From positions 96,001 through 160,000 of the forward strand of contig JASFQK010000003.1 in the NCBI GenBank assembly GCA_050115495.1: a stretch of DNA of 64,000 nt, given 5' to 3'. Both the position numbers and the translations under genes were made by a program. Below the pieces are notes generated by a model that worked only from the letters and a program-made list of their open reading frames with translations, did not search any database and was not told where the DNA came from. The stretch is from Phycisphaerae bacterium. Lineage in GTDB: Bacteria; Planctomycetota; Phycisphaerae; UBA1845; Fen-1342. Positions within the stretch are counted from its first letter, which is position 1. Each line of letters starts with the position of its first letter. This document shows positions 41,283-51,650 of this stretch, piece after piece.

Positions 41283-41681
41283 TCACGGGCGCTCATCCGC
41301 CGGCACTTCGATCAGGTCGAAAGCGTTGCCGTCCGGGTCGGCGAGCGTGACCATGCGCAGGCCTTCGTAGGCCTCGATCTCGCTCTCCTGTCGGCCGCCG
41401 CGCTCGAGCAGACGTACCAGCACGGCGTCGAACTGATCGGTGGTCACGTCGAAGGCGACGCCGGGCAGCGTGCCCGGCTCCGGCCGCGTACCGGGTGCCC
41501 ACGGGGCGACGGGAGCCAGCAGCCGCAACGACGGCCCGCCGTCGGGGAAGTCCAGCCGAGCTGAGGCGGCGTAGCGGCTGCTCTGCCGCTCGGCGACGGA
41601 CAAACCGAGGCCCTCGGCCCAGAAACGGAGTCCCGCGTCGAAGTCGCTGACGTAGACGTGGATGTCGCCGATGCCGAGCAT
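41283..41681 (-). CDS. VOC/glyoxalase family protein
   Basis: IHVYVSDFDAGLRFWAEGLG ... ADPDGNAFDL. Confidence 0.85.
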   Translation of the reverse strand: MLGIGDIHVYVSDFDAGLRFWAEGLGLSVAERQSSRYAASARLDFPDGGPSLRLLAPVAPWAPGTRPEPGTLPGVAFDVTTDQFDAVLVRLLERGGRQESEIEAYEGLRMVTLADPDGNAFDLIEVPADERP

Positions 41682-41686
41682 GGCGC

Positions 41687-42955
41687 CTACCCGCCGGTTG
41701 CAGCCCCCAAGTCGCGCCGATATTGCGCACCGTCAAAGTGAATCTGCTCGACGACCTCGTACGCCCGCCGACGGGCGTCCGCGAGGTCGTCGCCCAATGC
41801 CGTCACGCCCAGTACACGCCCGCCCGCGGTCACGAGCTGGTCGCCTTCACGCTTCGTGCCGGCGTGGTAGACGGCCAGATCGTCTCGGCCGGCGTCGTTC
41901 GGCAGACCCGTGATGGGCAGGCCGGTGGGGTACTTGTCCGGATACCCGCCCGAGGCCATCACGACGCACAACGCCGGCCGCGGGTCCCAGGTCACCTCAG
42001 CGCTGTCCAGCCGGCCGCTGACCGCCGCATCGAGCAGGTCGAGCAGGTCGGAGCGGAGGCGGAGGAGGATGGCCTGCGTTTCGGGATCGCCGAAGCGGCA
42101 GTTGAATTCGAGGACTTTCGGTCCGCCGGTGGTGAGCATCAGGCCGGCGTAGAGGACGCCGCGATAGTGGATGCCTTCGCGGACGAGGGCGTCGAGGACG
42201 GGGACGAGGACGCGCCGCTGAACGTCGAGGAGCGTGGCGTCGTCGATGGCGGGCGTGGGGCAGTAGGCGCCCATGCCGCCCGTGTTCGGGCCTTCGTCGT
42301 TGTCGCGCAGGCGTTTGTGGTCCTGGGCGGGTTCGAGCAGGAAGAGCGTGTGGCCGTCGACGATGGCCAGCACGGAGGCTTCGCGGCCCTCCAGCCGTTC
42401 CTCGACGACGATCTGCCGGCCGGCGTCGCCGAAGACGCGGTCAACGAGGATCCTCTCGGCGACGAGGATGGCGTCGGCGGGATCGTCACAGACGATGGCA
42501 CCCTTGCCCTTAGCCAGGCCGGCGGCCTTGACCACCAGCGGCTGATCGCGTGTGGCGATGTACTCACGGGCCTGCTGGTAGTCGCTGAAGGTGCGGGCCT
42601 CCGCCGTCGGGACGGCGTGCTGCCGCATGAGCTGCTTGGCGAAGACCTTGTCGGATTCGAGGCGGGCGGCGGCGGCCGTGGGGCCGAAGATGCGCAGATC
42701 CGCTTCCTCGAAGGCGTCGACCATACCAGCGGCGAGGGGATCCTCCGGACCGACGATGGTGAGGTCGATGGCCTCGCGGCGGACGAAGTTCAGGGCGAGG
42801 TCGATATCGTCCGGATCGCCCGGGATGTTGGTGGCAATGGAGGCCGTGCCGGGGTTGCCGGGCAGGGCGTAGAGCTTCTGAAGTCGTGGCGAGCGCGCCA
42901 GGCAGCGACAGAGGGCGTGCTCGCGTCCGCCGGAGCCGATCACCAGAACGTTCAT
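41687..42955 (-). CDS. purD: Phosphoribosylamine--glycine ligase
   Basis: GSGGREHAL, VGPEDPL, GPNTGGMGAY, EFNCRFGDPE, TAGGRVL. Confidence 0.97.
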   Translation of the reverse strand: MNVLVIGSGGREHALCRCLARSPRLQKLYALPGNPGTASIATNIPGDPDDIDLALNFVRREAIDLTIVGPEDPLAAGMVDAFEEADLRIFGPTAAAARLESDKVFAKQLMRQHAVPTAEARTFSDYQQAREYIATRDQPLVVKAAGLAKGKGAIVCDDPADAILVAERILVDRVFGDAGRQIVVEERLEGREASVLAIVDGHTLFLLEPAQDHKRLRDNDEGPNTGGMGAYCPTPAIDDATLLDVQRRVLVPVLDALVREGIHYRGVLYAGLMLTTGGPKVLEFNCRFGDPETQAILLRLRSDLLDLLDAAVSGRLDSAEVTWDPRPALCVVMASGGYPDKYPTGLPITGLPNDAGRDDLAVYHAGTKREGDQLVTAGGRVLGVTALGDDLADARRRAYEVVEQIHFDGAQYRRDLGAATGG

Positions 42956-42970
42956 GCGCGGCAGGGTAGC

Positions 42971-45900
42971 CTACTGGAGGCCGCGTGACAATTGCCGGAG
43001 GCGATAGCGGGCCCAGTTCGCGGGCCAGATGTCCTGCTGATCGTGGGTGAGGTCGATGCAGCGCTGGTAGGCGGCGGCGGCGGCGCTGACGCGTTCCTGC
43101 TGGCGGGCGAGCTCGCCGGCGAAGAAGGGCGTGTCGTTCTGCAGGCGGAGGGCGGCGTGGGAGTCGACGAAGGTGCTGGTCAGCTCATGGACGATGCCGG
43201 CTGCGGGGTTGTCGCTCTCCAGGCCGGTCAGGGCCCGCAGGATGAACTCGGCGGTGGGCAGCTCGGACTCGAGGCCGGTGAGATAGCGGGCGATGCCTCG
43301 GGCCGACGTGGTGGCGAGGAGGTCCAGGCGGAACTGCTCGTCGTCGCCGGCGCCGATGTGGGCGGTCGTATCGCGGGCTTCGGGCAGGCGGCCGGCCATC
43401 ACGAGGGCGGCCACCTGCTGCAACTGGACGTTCGGGGCGTCGTGCAGGTTGAAATCGGAACGGGCCTGCACGGCGGCGAAGAGGTCGGCGGCCTCGGCGT
43501 ACTCGCCGGAGAGGTACGCACACTGGGCGAGCAGCAGGGCGGTGCGGGCGTCGATGTTGTCGGCCAGGGCCTTCTGGCCGGTCGTCAGCAGCCGGTGGGC
43601 CAGTTCGAACCGCTCGCCTGCATACGCCGCTGTGCCCAGACGCAGCCACACGGGCGGGGCCGCGGATTCGAGGGCCGTTTCGACCCAGTCATCGGGCAGG
43701 TCTTGCCCCGGACGGGACAGGGCGGCTTCGACGATCATCCGTCGCATATCCCGCAGCGATTGTGGATCGAGGGGTTCGAGCAGATTGGCCGCGGTCCAGG
43801 CCGAGGCGGGGTCGCCGTCGGCCAGGTGACGGGCGACGGCTCGCTGCCGGGCGTAGACGCGGTTCTGTTGCAGGCGCTGGTCGGTGATGTCGAAGGCATG
43901 CTCCTGCACGCCGCTTTCGGAGCCGAGCAGCACGCGGTCGCCGCCGCCGATCCAGGTGCCGAATCCAGGTTGTTCGGCAGCGGGTGGAGCCATCTGGGCG
44001 AGGTGTTCACCGGCGGCGAGCTCGTAGAGGCTGGCGCTGCCGTCCGTGAGGCAGGCGAGGAGCGTGTCGCCGGCGGGATCGAAGGCCAGCATGCGGGCGG
44101 GGCCATCGAGGCGCAGGCGGAGGAGTTCGTGGCCATCGCTGGTCCGCAGGAGGCGGACGAAGCCATCGGCGCAGGCCGCCGCCAACCGCTGCCCGCGACG
44201 GTCAAAGGCCATGCACAGCGGCGGGGAGTCGAAGCGCAGCCAGGCTGGCGGGGACGCGTCGGCGTCGTGGTTGCCACCGGCGCCGTCCAGCCACAGCAAT
44301 TCACCGTTGGAGCGAGCCACCAGCAGCCGGTTCGTGCCGGGCCGGAAGGCAATCTGCCGGATGAGACTGCCCACGAACTCGACGGGGGGCCGGCTCGGCG
44401 GCAGGGCAGTGTCGAGGGTGACGTTCATGGCGCCGGGCGCCGTCGGCTGCCATCGCCGGAAGCTCACCCGCTGCTGATCGCCGGCGGGGGTCTGCGCGGC
44501 GAAGGCGACCAATTGGCCGTCGCCGGTGATGGCGACCTGCTGCAACTGGTGGCTGTCGGGCGCGGGCCAGTCGGTCGTGACGGTCGTGCCGGTGACGGTG
44601 TCGCGCAGGCGGATCACATCGCCCGTGCAGATGACGGAGTGGCGATCGAGGTTGCTGACCGCCATGAGCAGGGTGTCGGGCGTCGTGCTGAGCCGCAGGG
44701 AGAAGGGCCGCCGGGCGCTGAACATTTCCGTGGTGGTCGAGCGAGACGGCGTGTAGGCGGCGACGCGCTGCCGGGCGTTGGCCACCAGCACGCTCGAACC
44801 GTCCTCGGCGCAGGCCCAGGCCGCGGGGAGTCCGTCGGTGATGCGGCGGTAGGTCTGGCGCTGGCGCAGAGGCAGCCAGCGGCTGACGATGCCGCGCTGA
44901 TCCAGTGTGGTGACCACGTCGCCGCCGCCGGCCAGGCGCAGGGTGCGCAGTTCGCCGAGTCGTCCGTCCCAGATCTCTTCGAGCTCGCCGGGACGCTGCA
45001 CGGCTACCTGGCCGTCGTGTGTGCCGAACAGCAGCGTCTGGCCGGCGGCGTCGGCATCGAAGAAGTCCCATTCGCGACTGGTGTTGCAGACCCGCGTCCA
45101 GGCACGCGGGCCGGTACCGGCGGTCGCAGCCCGGTAGACCGCACCTTCGGTCATCGCCAGCAGATCGGTGCCGGCGAAGCACAGGAGCCGCGGGCGCAGC
45201 TTTTCGAGGCCGATGAGATCTGTGTGCGGCGTACCGTCGTCCGCGATCTGGATGCGCTGCACGCCGCCCACGGTGGGAATGGCCACTTGGTCGAGCACCG
45301 GCGAGTAGACTGGCGGGCCGTTCGCGTCGCGGAGCAGGCTGGTCGTCGATCGCACCGTGCCGGTTCGCCCCTCGAAGCACATGACTCGGCCCGAGCCGAC
45401 CGCGAGCAGTCGTCGGCCTCCCGATACCGCCTGCACCAGGGTCACGTCGACGTCCAGGCCGAATTCGCCGGAGACGGCGGCGATGGTCTGGCTGGGTGCC
45501 CAGAGCCGCGCCCAGCCGCGGCCGGCGGCGGAGACGGTGCCGGTCTCGTCCACGCTCAACGCCGTTACGGGGCCGGGAGCCTGCACCCAGTGGCGCACGC
45601 CCCCGGTGGCCAAATCGTGAATCGTGATCCCCGCCGGCGTGTGGCAGACCGCGGCGATTTGCTCGTCCGGCGAGAAGGCGACCGGACCGCCATTGCGCGG
45701 TTGCAGAACCGTGGCGGTGAGGTCGCCGCTGCGGTCGTAGTACTGCCGCAGGGCCCAGCGTGTGGCGGGCGTGTCGGACTGCTCGCGGGCTTGCCAGTAG
45801 AGATCGCGAGCGGCGGTCAGGTCGCCCTGGGCAAAGGCCAGATCGCCGCGCTGGATCGTCTGACCGACCAGGGCACGGCGGAGCTCCTCGCGGGCTCGTT

Positions 45901-47176
45901 CCGAGGCGTTCTGAGCCTGGCGGGCATCCCGGGCGCTGTCCTGCGCGCTCTTCCGCTCTTCATCGGCTCGGTAGGCGGACTCGCGCTCCGCCTGCCACAG
46001 AAAGGCGAACGCCACCAGGAACAGCACCATCGTCAACAGCAGGACGGCTGCGGCCGTTGCCTGGAGGCGATAACGCCCCAGCGTCTTGCGCAGCATGTAC
46101 AAACCGCTGGCCCGCTTGGCCTCGATGGGCTCACCACGCACCAGGTGGGTCAGATCGCGGGCGAGGTCGCCGGCGGTCTGGTAGCGGCGGACGGGGTGCT
46201 TCTCGAGTGCCTTGAGCAGGATCGTTTCGAGCTCGTCGTCGAGCAGGCGGCCGAAACGGCTCTGCCCGCGCAGGCTCCGCGGGCGGATCGGGTCGGCCTG
46301 GGCGATTCGTTGCAGGACCTCACCGAGCGGCCCGTCCACCGAGTAGGGCAATTGCCCGAGCAGGGCCTCGTAGAAGACCACGCCCAGCGAATACACGTCA
46401 CTACGGACGTCCACGTCCATCGAGCCCTGCGTCTGCTCTGGCGACATGTAGGCCACCGTGCCCAGCAGTTCGCCGGCGGTGGAGAGCGCCTGGATCGTGC
46501 TCTTGTCGCCGGGCACGTGCTGCACCGGCTTGGCCAGGCCGAAGTCGAGGATGTGCGGCTCGCCGGCCTGGTCGACCAGGATGTTCGGGGGTTTGAGGTC
46601 GCGGTGGATGACGCCACGCTGGTGGGCGAAGTTGACCGCGTTGGCGATGGTGGTGAACAGCCGGAGGGTGTCCTTCAACGGCGGACGCACCTTGGCCAGG
46701 TAGCGGTCGAGCCGCAGGCCGTCCACGAACTCCATGGCGAAGTAATAGCGGCCGCGGCTGATGCCGGAATCGAGGATGGTGACAATCGCCGGATGCAGGA
46801 GCGAGGCGGCCAGCTCGATCTCGCGTTCGAAGCGGCGGCGGGCGGCATCGCTGGCGAAGGGGCCTTCGAGGAGGACTTTGAGCGCTACCTGGCGCTTGGT
46901 GCCGAGCTGGACGGCGCGGTAGACAACGCCCTGGCCGCCGCGGTGGATCTCCTCGATCAGTTGGTAGCCCTCGATGGCGTTCTCATCGGGGCGCGGGGCG
47001 TCGGGGGCGATGGGCGGGCGGCGGGAAACGCGCGTCGGCTCGTCGGGGGAGTAGTCCTCTGAATCGGACGCACTGGAATCGGCGTCCTGCCAGGCGCGCA
47101 GGGGTGCTGGGCGCTCGCCATCGGGTGGGCGCGGAACGGGGTCCGGTCCGGGATAGGGGGGCAGAGAGGCAGCCAT
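42971..47176 (-). CDS. Hanks-type Ser/Thr kinase with TM, WD40-like propeller region and TPR-like C-terminus
   Basis: GGQGVVY, VALK, HRDLKPPN, DFGLAK, YMSPEQ, SDVYSLG. Confidence 0.92.
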   Translation of the reverse strand: MAASLPPYPGPDPVPRPPDGERPAPLRAWQDADSSASDSEDYSPDEPTRVSRRPPIAPDAPRPDENAIEGYQLIEEIHRGGQGVVYRAVQLGTKRQVALKVLLEGPFASDAARRRFEREIELAASLLHPAIVTILDSGISRGRYYFAMEFVDGLRLDRYLAKVRPPLKDTLRLFTTIANAVNFAHQRGVIHRDLKPPNILVDQAGEPHILDFGLAKPVQHVPGDKSTIQALSTAGELLGTVAYMSPEQTQGSMDVDVRSDVYSLGVVFYEALLGQLPYSVDGPLGEVLQRIAQADPIRPRSLRGQSRFGRLLDDELETILLKALEKHPVRRYQTAGDLARDLTHLVRGEPIEAKRASGLYMLRKTLGRYRLQATAAAVLLLTMVLFLVAFAFLWQAERESAYRADEERKSAQDSARDARQAQNASERAREELRRALVGQTIQRGDLAFAQGDLTAARDLYWQAREQSDTPATRWALRQYYDRSGDLTATVLQPRNGGPVAFSPDEQIAAVCHTPAGITIHDLATGGVRHWVQAPGPVTALSVDETGTVSAAGRGWARLWAPSQTIAAVSGEFGLDVDVTLVQAVSGGRRLLAVGSGRVMCFEGRTGTVRSTTSLLRDANGPPVYSPVLDQVAIPTVGGVQRIQIADDGTPHTDLIGLEKLRPRLLCFAGTDLLAMTEGAVYRAATAGTGPRAWTRVCNTSREWDFFDADAAGQTLLFGTHDGQVAVQRPGELEEIWDGRLGELRTLRLAGGGDVVTTLDQRGIVSRWLPLRQRQTYRRITDGLPAAWACAEDGSSVLVANARQRVAAYTPSRSTTTEMFSARRPFSLRLSTTPDTLLMAVSNLDRHSVICTGDVIRLRDTVTGTTVTTDWPAPDSHQLQQVAITGDGQLVAFAAQTPAGDQQRVSFRRWQPTAPGAMNVTLDTALPPSRPPVEFVGSLIRQIAFRPGTNRLLVARSNGELLWLDGAGGNHDADASPPAWLRFDSPPLCMAFDRRGQRLAAACADGFVRLLRTSDGHELLRLRLDGPARMLAFDPAGDTLLACLTDGSASLYELAAGEHLAQMAPPAAEQPGFGTWIGGGDRVLLGSESGVQEHAFDITDQRLQQNRVYARQRAVARHLADGDPASAWTAANLLEPLDPQSLRDMRRMIVEAALSRPGQDLPDDWVETALESAAPPVWLRLGTAAYAGERFELAHRLLTTGQKALADNIDARTALLLAQCAYLSGEYAEAADLFAAVQARSDFNLHDAPNVQLQQVAALVMAGRLPEARDTTAHIGAGDDEQFRLDLLATTSARGIARYLTGLESELPTAEFILRALTGLESDNPAAGIVHELTSTFVDSHAALRLQNDTPFFAGELARQQERVSAAAAAYQRCIDLTHDQQDIWPANWARYRLRQLSRGLQ

Positions 47177-47407
47177 CGCTCCTGCTGCTCACCTGGCCGC
47201 CGACGGCAGGTTGCCACGCCGGCAGCGGGATTCTACACTACGTAGTCGAGCCTGAACAAACAGACGTCGAGGGTACTCGGGCACTGCCGGAAACGCAGTT
47301 ACAAACCGCGGGATTCTTTCGAACATCGCCGTGTCCCGGGCGCGTGGGACGGTCCCCGAGGGGTTTCGTGTTTACTCGACGAGTATTCCAACAGGAAGGC
47401 GAATCAG

Positions 47408-48643
47408 ATGGTGACACGCGTTTGCTCGTTGTTCGGTTTGTTGTCGGCCGCGGTTCTGCTGTTCGCGGTCGGTGCGGCACCGGCCCAGGATTCCCAGCCC
47501 GCCCATGACGAGGGCCAGTGGTTCCGCAACGTCCGCCAACTCACCTCGGTCGACATGGGTCTGGCCCGTTCCGGGGAGGCTTATTTCTCGCCCGATTGCC
47601 GGCGGATCAGCTTCCAGGCCTTTCCCACCGGCAAGAAGGACTACCAGATCTACGTCATGAACTTCGACGGCACGGGCCTGAAGATGGTCAGCACCGGCGA
47701 AGGGGCGACGACCTGCTCGTATTTCCATCCGAGCAACAGGAAGATGATCTTCGCGGCGAACCACCACGACCAGCGGCCACCGGCGGCTGACGAGATCGAG
47801 CGCATGCGCCCGCGTGGCGAAGGCCGTCCCCCAACCGGCGGACACCCGGGTGGCCGTCCTGGTGGGCACCCCGGTGGACATCCGGGCGGCCATCCGGGTG
47901 GGCAAGCAGGCGAGACCGGCGGTCAGCCGCCGCGACATCCCGCCGGCGCCGGCGGACACCACGGCGGCGGCGTCGCCTGGAACTACTACCCCGGCATGGA
48001 GATTTACGAGTACACCTTCGCCACGGGTGACCTCAAACGCTTGACGGACAGCGACGGCTACGACGCCGAATGTGCGTATGCTCCCGACGGCAAGCACATC
48101 GTTTTCAGCTCGCTGCGTGACGGCGACCAGGAAATCTACATTTGCGACGCCGACGGGCAAAATCCCTATCGCGTCACGAATGCCCCGGGCAAGGACGGCG
48201 GGCCGTTCTTCAGCCCTGACGGCAAGCGCGTCGTCTACCGCTCGGAGCGGCACGGCGACGGGAACCTGCAAATCTTCGTGAACAATATCGAGGGCACGGA
48301 CGAGCGGGCCGTCACCGGCCACGACGTGTTCAACTGGTGCCCGTTCTGGCATCCGTCGGGCCGCTGGCTGATCTTCACTCGCGCCGACTTCCGGGGCCGG
48401 CCGAACTTCGACCTGTACCTCATCCGCGACGACGGGTCGGAAACGTACCGCGTGACCAGCGACCAGGCGTTCGACGGGCTGCCGGTCTTCTCGCCGGACG
48501 GAAAGTACCTGATGTGGACGTCGCGTCGTAACGGCATTGAGTCGCCACAGATCTTCGTGGCCGAGTTCGTCGGCCTGACGCCGTCGGGCGAATTGCGGGC
48601 GAAGGCGACGCCCGTGTCGACGGAGCCGCCGGTCAAGCAGTAG
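47408..48643 (+). CDS. Secreted TolB-like PD40 beta-propeller protein
   Basis: Signal peptide, GEAYFSPD, GYDAECAYAPDGK, PFFSPDGK, PVFSPDGK. Confidence 0.88.
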   Translation: MVTRVCSLFGLLSAAVLLFAVGAAPAQDSQPAHDEGQWFRNVRQLTSVDMGLARSGEAYFSPDCRRISFQAFPTGKKDYQIYVMNFDGTGLKMVSTGEGATTCSYFHPSNRKMIFAANHHDQRPPAADEIERMRPRGEGRPPTGGHPGGRPGGHPGGHPGGHPGGQAGETGGQPPRHPAGAGGHHGGGVAWNYYPGMEIYEYTFATGDLKRLTDSDGYDAECAYAPDGKHIVFSSLRDGDQEIYICDADGQNPYRVTNAPGKDGGPFFSPDGKRVVYRSERHGDGNLQIFVNNIEGTDERAVTGHDVFNWCPFWHPSGRWLIFTRADFRGRPNFDLYLIRDDGSETYRVTSDQAFDGLPVFSPDGKYLMWTSRRNGIESPQIFVAEFVGLTPSGELRAKATPVSTEPPVKQ

Positions 48644-48757
48644 GGCGGATTACGCCCGCTGGCGGCGTGGTAGGACGGATTCCACCCGCCGCCGGCGTTC
48701 ACGGCGAACCGGCGTCCGTTGCGCAGACGGACAGACGGCGGGCCGAGCCCGCCCCAC
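48640..48757. repeat. GTAG-type REP hairpins / doublet
   Basis: GTAGGGCGGATT.., GTAGGACGGATTCCACCCGCC, inverted GGCGGGCCGAGCCCGCCCCAC. Confidence 0.7.
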
Positions 48758-48787
48758 GGTGCGCACGTCCCGCGCGGAAAAAGAGGC

Positions 48788-48847
48788 TGGACACGGGCGG
48801 CCGCGCGCGGCAGAATAGAGCCGTCTAGAAATCATCACCTTTCTTGA
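48788..48847 (+). promoter_or_regulatory. Possible sigma70 promoter and palindromic operator
   Basis: TGGACA-N17-CAGAAT followed by TCTAGAAA-N8-TTTCTTGA. Confidence 0.4.
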
Positions 48848-48860
48848 AAGGATGCGGACC

Positions 48861-49175
48861 ATGCCCGAACGCCGGCCGCAGATCAACTTCCAGGTCGATC
48901 AGGCGATGAAGTATCTGTACGAGGAGGCGCGTGCCCAGGGTCACTGGGTTACCCGCTTCTGTGCCGCCGGTCTGCTGCTGATGGTCGAGGACCCGCGGGC
49001 GCGGGCCAAGGCGATCAACCGGTTGCGCGAGTGGGAGGCCGAGTACGAGAGCGCCTCGCCCGAGCAGGTGCGGTCTTTCGTGGAAGGCGCGCAAGACGCG
49101 ATGCGGCGGCCTGCTCCAGGTAGTCGGCCAGCCCCGCGAGCTCGCGCCAAGAAAAAAACGGCAAAACGCCGTTGA
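48861..49175 (+). CDS. Small hypothetical protein, possible ribbon-helix-helix DNA-binding protein
   Basis: GAAAGGA RBS; alternating QINFQVD strand followed by two helices. Confidence 0.55.
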   Translation: MPERRPQINFQVDQAMKYLYEEARAQGHWVTRFCAAGLLLMVEDPRARAKAINRLREWEAEYESASPEQVRSFVEGAQDAMRRPAPGSRPAPRARAKKKTAKRR

Positions 49176-49230
49176 TCCGGATCATCTCCGCGGTCAGCTT
49201 TTCCCCTTGCGTCGCGATGTTCCTGGACAT
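49015..49230 (-). CDS. Small hypothetical protein overlapping the previous gene tail-to-tail
   Basis: GGAGGT RBS 6 nt before ATG; helical-looking N-half. Confidence 0.35.
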   Translation of the reverse strand: MSRNIATQGEKLTAEMIRINGVLPFFSWRELAGLADYLEQAAASRLARLPRKTAPARARRSRTRPPTRATG

Positions 49231-49676
49231 GAGTCTACCTCCAGTAAGCGGCCGCGCTCGCGCCGAGCGTGCCCCGGTACCGCCCGTGGGCGTGACGTGG
49301 CGAAAGCGGTGTGGCCGTGTGGGTGCCATCGCTGGTGCTCCATTCCCTCACCGGCCGGCCGCGGCCTTGCGGATGGCATCTGCCTGGGGGAAGCCCCCGC
49401 GTGAACCGGGCTGGCGGCAGGCCGCCGCACGTCTCCGATCGCCGCGCTATCCCCTGCCGTCTGGTGCGTCGCGGGCGGCGTTTGCGTGAGACGCGCCATC
49501 ACGTTGCGTCCATGAGTTTCATCGGGGGAAGCGGGCTCAGGCAAACACCTGAAAGTCGGTGAATCCCTGTCGGTTTCTCCCCGGGGGGATCTACCTGTCA
49601 GGCCTTAACGCCGTGCTCCGGCCGCCAAGCGTCATCGCCGCTTGGTTCGCCGCCACGCCTGCGGTACGCTGGCGGC

Positions 49677-50543
49677 ATGAACTCATGGGTTCGGCTGCAC
49701 CGCTGGCGATGGTGGATCCGGTGGCCGTTCAAGGTCATCGCGTTCGTTGTCGTGGTCGCGTTCGTCCTGTACCCGAAGATCTGGCTGCTGCCGCGGACGC
49801 TCGACCGGCTGCAGAACCTGGACTCGACGCTGGAGCCCGGCAATCCCGGGCTGGCGGATCTGGAGGCGGAAGTCCGCACCGCGGCCGGCGAGGGGCTCGA
49901 CGCCCGCAAGATGCTGCCGTTCGTCGAGCGGGTGGTCTACCGGCATATCCCCTATGCGTGGGACTGGGACGTTTGGGGCGTCATGGACTACCTGCCCACG
50001 ACCGCCGAGGTCCTGGAGAAGGGGCGGGAGGATTGCGATGGACGGGCGGTGGTGGCCGCGTCGCTACTGCGGCGAATGGGGTACAAGGCGTGGCTGGCGT
50101 CTGACCTGAAGCACACCTGGGTCGTGACACCCGCCGGTGAGACGATGTCGCCGGGCAAGGGGCGGAAGTCGATCGCCGGCGGGCCGAAGGGCACACGGTT
50201 TCAGATCGACTGGGGGATGGTCGCGAACGTCGGGCGGAGCATGACGTACGGCGTGGCGGTCTTTCCGCTGACCCGCGAGCTGCTGATTCTGGGGGCGTTG
50301 TGCGGCCTGACAATGCACCCGCGGTCGGGCACGCGGCGGAGAGTCGCCGGCTGCCTCGTGCTGCTGCTGGCGCTGGGCCTGATGCGGGACAGCGGGGCGG
50401 TGGGGAGCGGTCTGGCGGCGCATCCGGCGTGGTTATGGGTTGGCCTGGTGCTGGGCGTCGCCGGCTGGTTGCTGCTGGCGATCAGAGGGGAAGGTCGCCG
50501 TTCTTCTTCAGGGCCGTCTGAATCGTGCGAAGCGGGTGCGTAG
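49677..50543 (+). CDS. Membrane protein with transglutaminase-like cysteine-protease domain
   Basis: EDCDGRAVVAASLLRRMG and HTWV motifs; N- and C-terminal TMs. Confidence 0.7.
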   Translation: MNSWVRLHRWRWWIRWPFKVIAFVVVVAFVLYPKIWLLPRTLDRLQNLDSTLEPGNPGLADLEAEVRTAAGEGLDARKMLPFVERVVYRHIPYAWDWDVWGVMDYLPTTAEVLEKGREDCDGRAVVAASLLRRMGYKAWLASDLKHTWVVTPAGETMSPGKGRKSIAGGPKGTRFQIDWGMVANVGRSMTYGVAVFPLTRELLILGALCGLTMHPRSGTRRRVAGCLVLLLALGLMRDSGAVGSGLAAHPAWLWVGLVLGVAGWLLLAIRGEGRRSSSGPSESCEAGA

Positions 50544-50928
50544 TGCCCTGGTTTATGCCGGGGCAGTCCTCGCCGACAGCGTCCCAAGTCTCGGGGGATT
50601 CAAGGTTTGAGGCCCAGAAGGGCCACGTCCGGCACTGAACCGGGCGAACGGGGTGTATTGCGCAGCCCGTCAAGCCGATCTTTTCACGAAGCAGGAAGTC
50701 GCAATCGCCGTTCTTGCGTTCCAGCAGGCTCAGGCGGGTGCCGACGCGGCGGACGTGCCGCTTGGTGAAGTCGGCGACGGCCATATGGAGGTGCTCAGCG
50801 ATCTTGCGGCATTCTTCGAGGGAGACCCAGACGTGTCCGGGCGCACCGCTACAGCAGTTGCCGCAGCGAGTGCAGGCGAAGCGGAGGCCGTCGGCGTACC
50901 AGGGTGCGAGGTGCCCGGAACCGCTCAC
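50482..50928 (-). CDS. YkgJ/UPF0153 CxxCxxCC metal-cluster protein
   Basis: [35 protein letters not shown]. Confidence 0.92.
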   Translation of the reverse strand: MSGSGHLAPWYADGLRFACTRCGNCCSGAPGHVWVSLEECRKIAEHLHMAVADFTKRHVRRVGTRLSLLERKNGDCDFLLREKIGLTGCAIHPVRPVQCRTWPFWASNLESPETWDAVGEDCPGINQGTTHPLRTIQTALKKNGDLPL

Positions 50929-51131
50929 GACTCCTTCCCACAGCACTTCTTGTATTTCTTTCCGGACCCACAGGGGCAGGGGTCGTTGCGGCCGACCGTG
51001 TGCTCTTTCTTGGCCTGCTCGACGGGAACGTCCGGTATCGGAGCATCGTCGTCGGAGACGATGTCCTGGGTCCGGCGTTTCTCTTCCTGCTTGCGTTCGA
51101 ACCGCTTGGAGAACCGATCAAATATGCCCAT
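50925..51131 (-). CDS. Small stand-alone SEC-C motif protein (68 aa)
   Basis: [23 protein letters not shown] overlap with the YkgJ gene. Confidence 0.85.
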   Translation of the reverse strand: MGIFDRFSKRFERKQEEKRRTQDIVSDDDAPIPDVPVEQAKKEHTVGRNDPCPCGSGKKYKKCCGKES

Positions 51132-51305
51132 GAGAATTCCCTTTACCAATGCCCAGGAGAGCAGTATACGCTGCGCACGGAGTCCCGCGAAGGCGGCAAA
51201 TGGACCGTCTGGCCGCGGGTGTAAAAAAGGGCCTTGACGAGCGAACGAACTCCCAGTATTTAGCCGCGCGTTTGGCGGAACGAGTCCATCAACAGGAGCA
51301 TCGAC

Positions 51306-51650
51306 ATGTTCCAGCCCGAAGAATTGCCCGAGCTTATGACCCCCGACGTTGAATCGGGCGTGCTCGTCGCTGACGACGATCGCCCGTCCGCCGCGACGGC
51401 CACCTTGGACGCGGTCGAGGACGGCGAAGAGAGCCAGGAATCCTGGTTGTTGCCGGACGGTGCGCTGGGGCTGTGTGCGGACGGCCGGCGTCGCGGCGAC
51501 GACGAGGATGAAGACCTCGATGCCGGGGACGACGAAGAAGACGAGGAAGTCGACGACGAAGACGACTTCTACGACGACGACTTCGACGAGGAGGAAGAGG
51601 ACGACGACGACGACGAGTTCGACGCCTTCGTCGACGACGACGACGAGTAG
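51306..51650 (+). CDS. Highly acidic hypothetical protein
   Basis: AGGAG RBS; C-terminal ~50 residues almost all Asp/Glu. Confidence 0.65.
   Translation: MFQPEELPELMTPDVESGVLVADDDRPSAATATLDAVEDGEESQESWLLPDGALGLCADGRRRGDDEDEDLDAGDDEEDEEVDDEDDFYDDDFDEEEEDDDDDEFDAFVDDDDE

Noticed and set aside
42971..47176. Large kinase-propeller-TPR protein as a novel system
   Set aside because: This architecture is common in planctomycetes; nothing distinctive in its context beyond adjacency to purD
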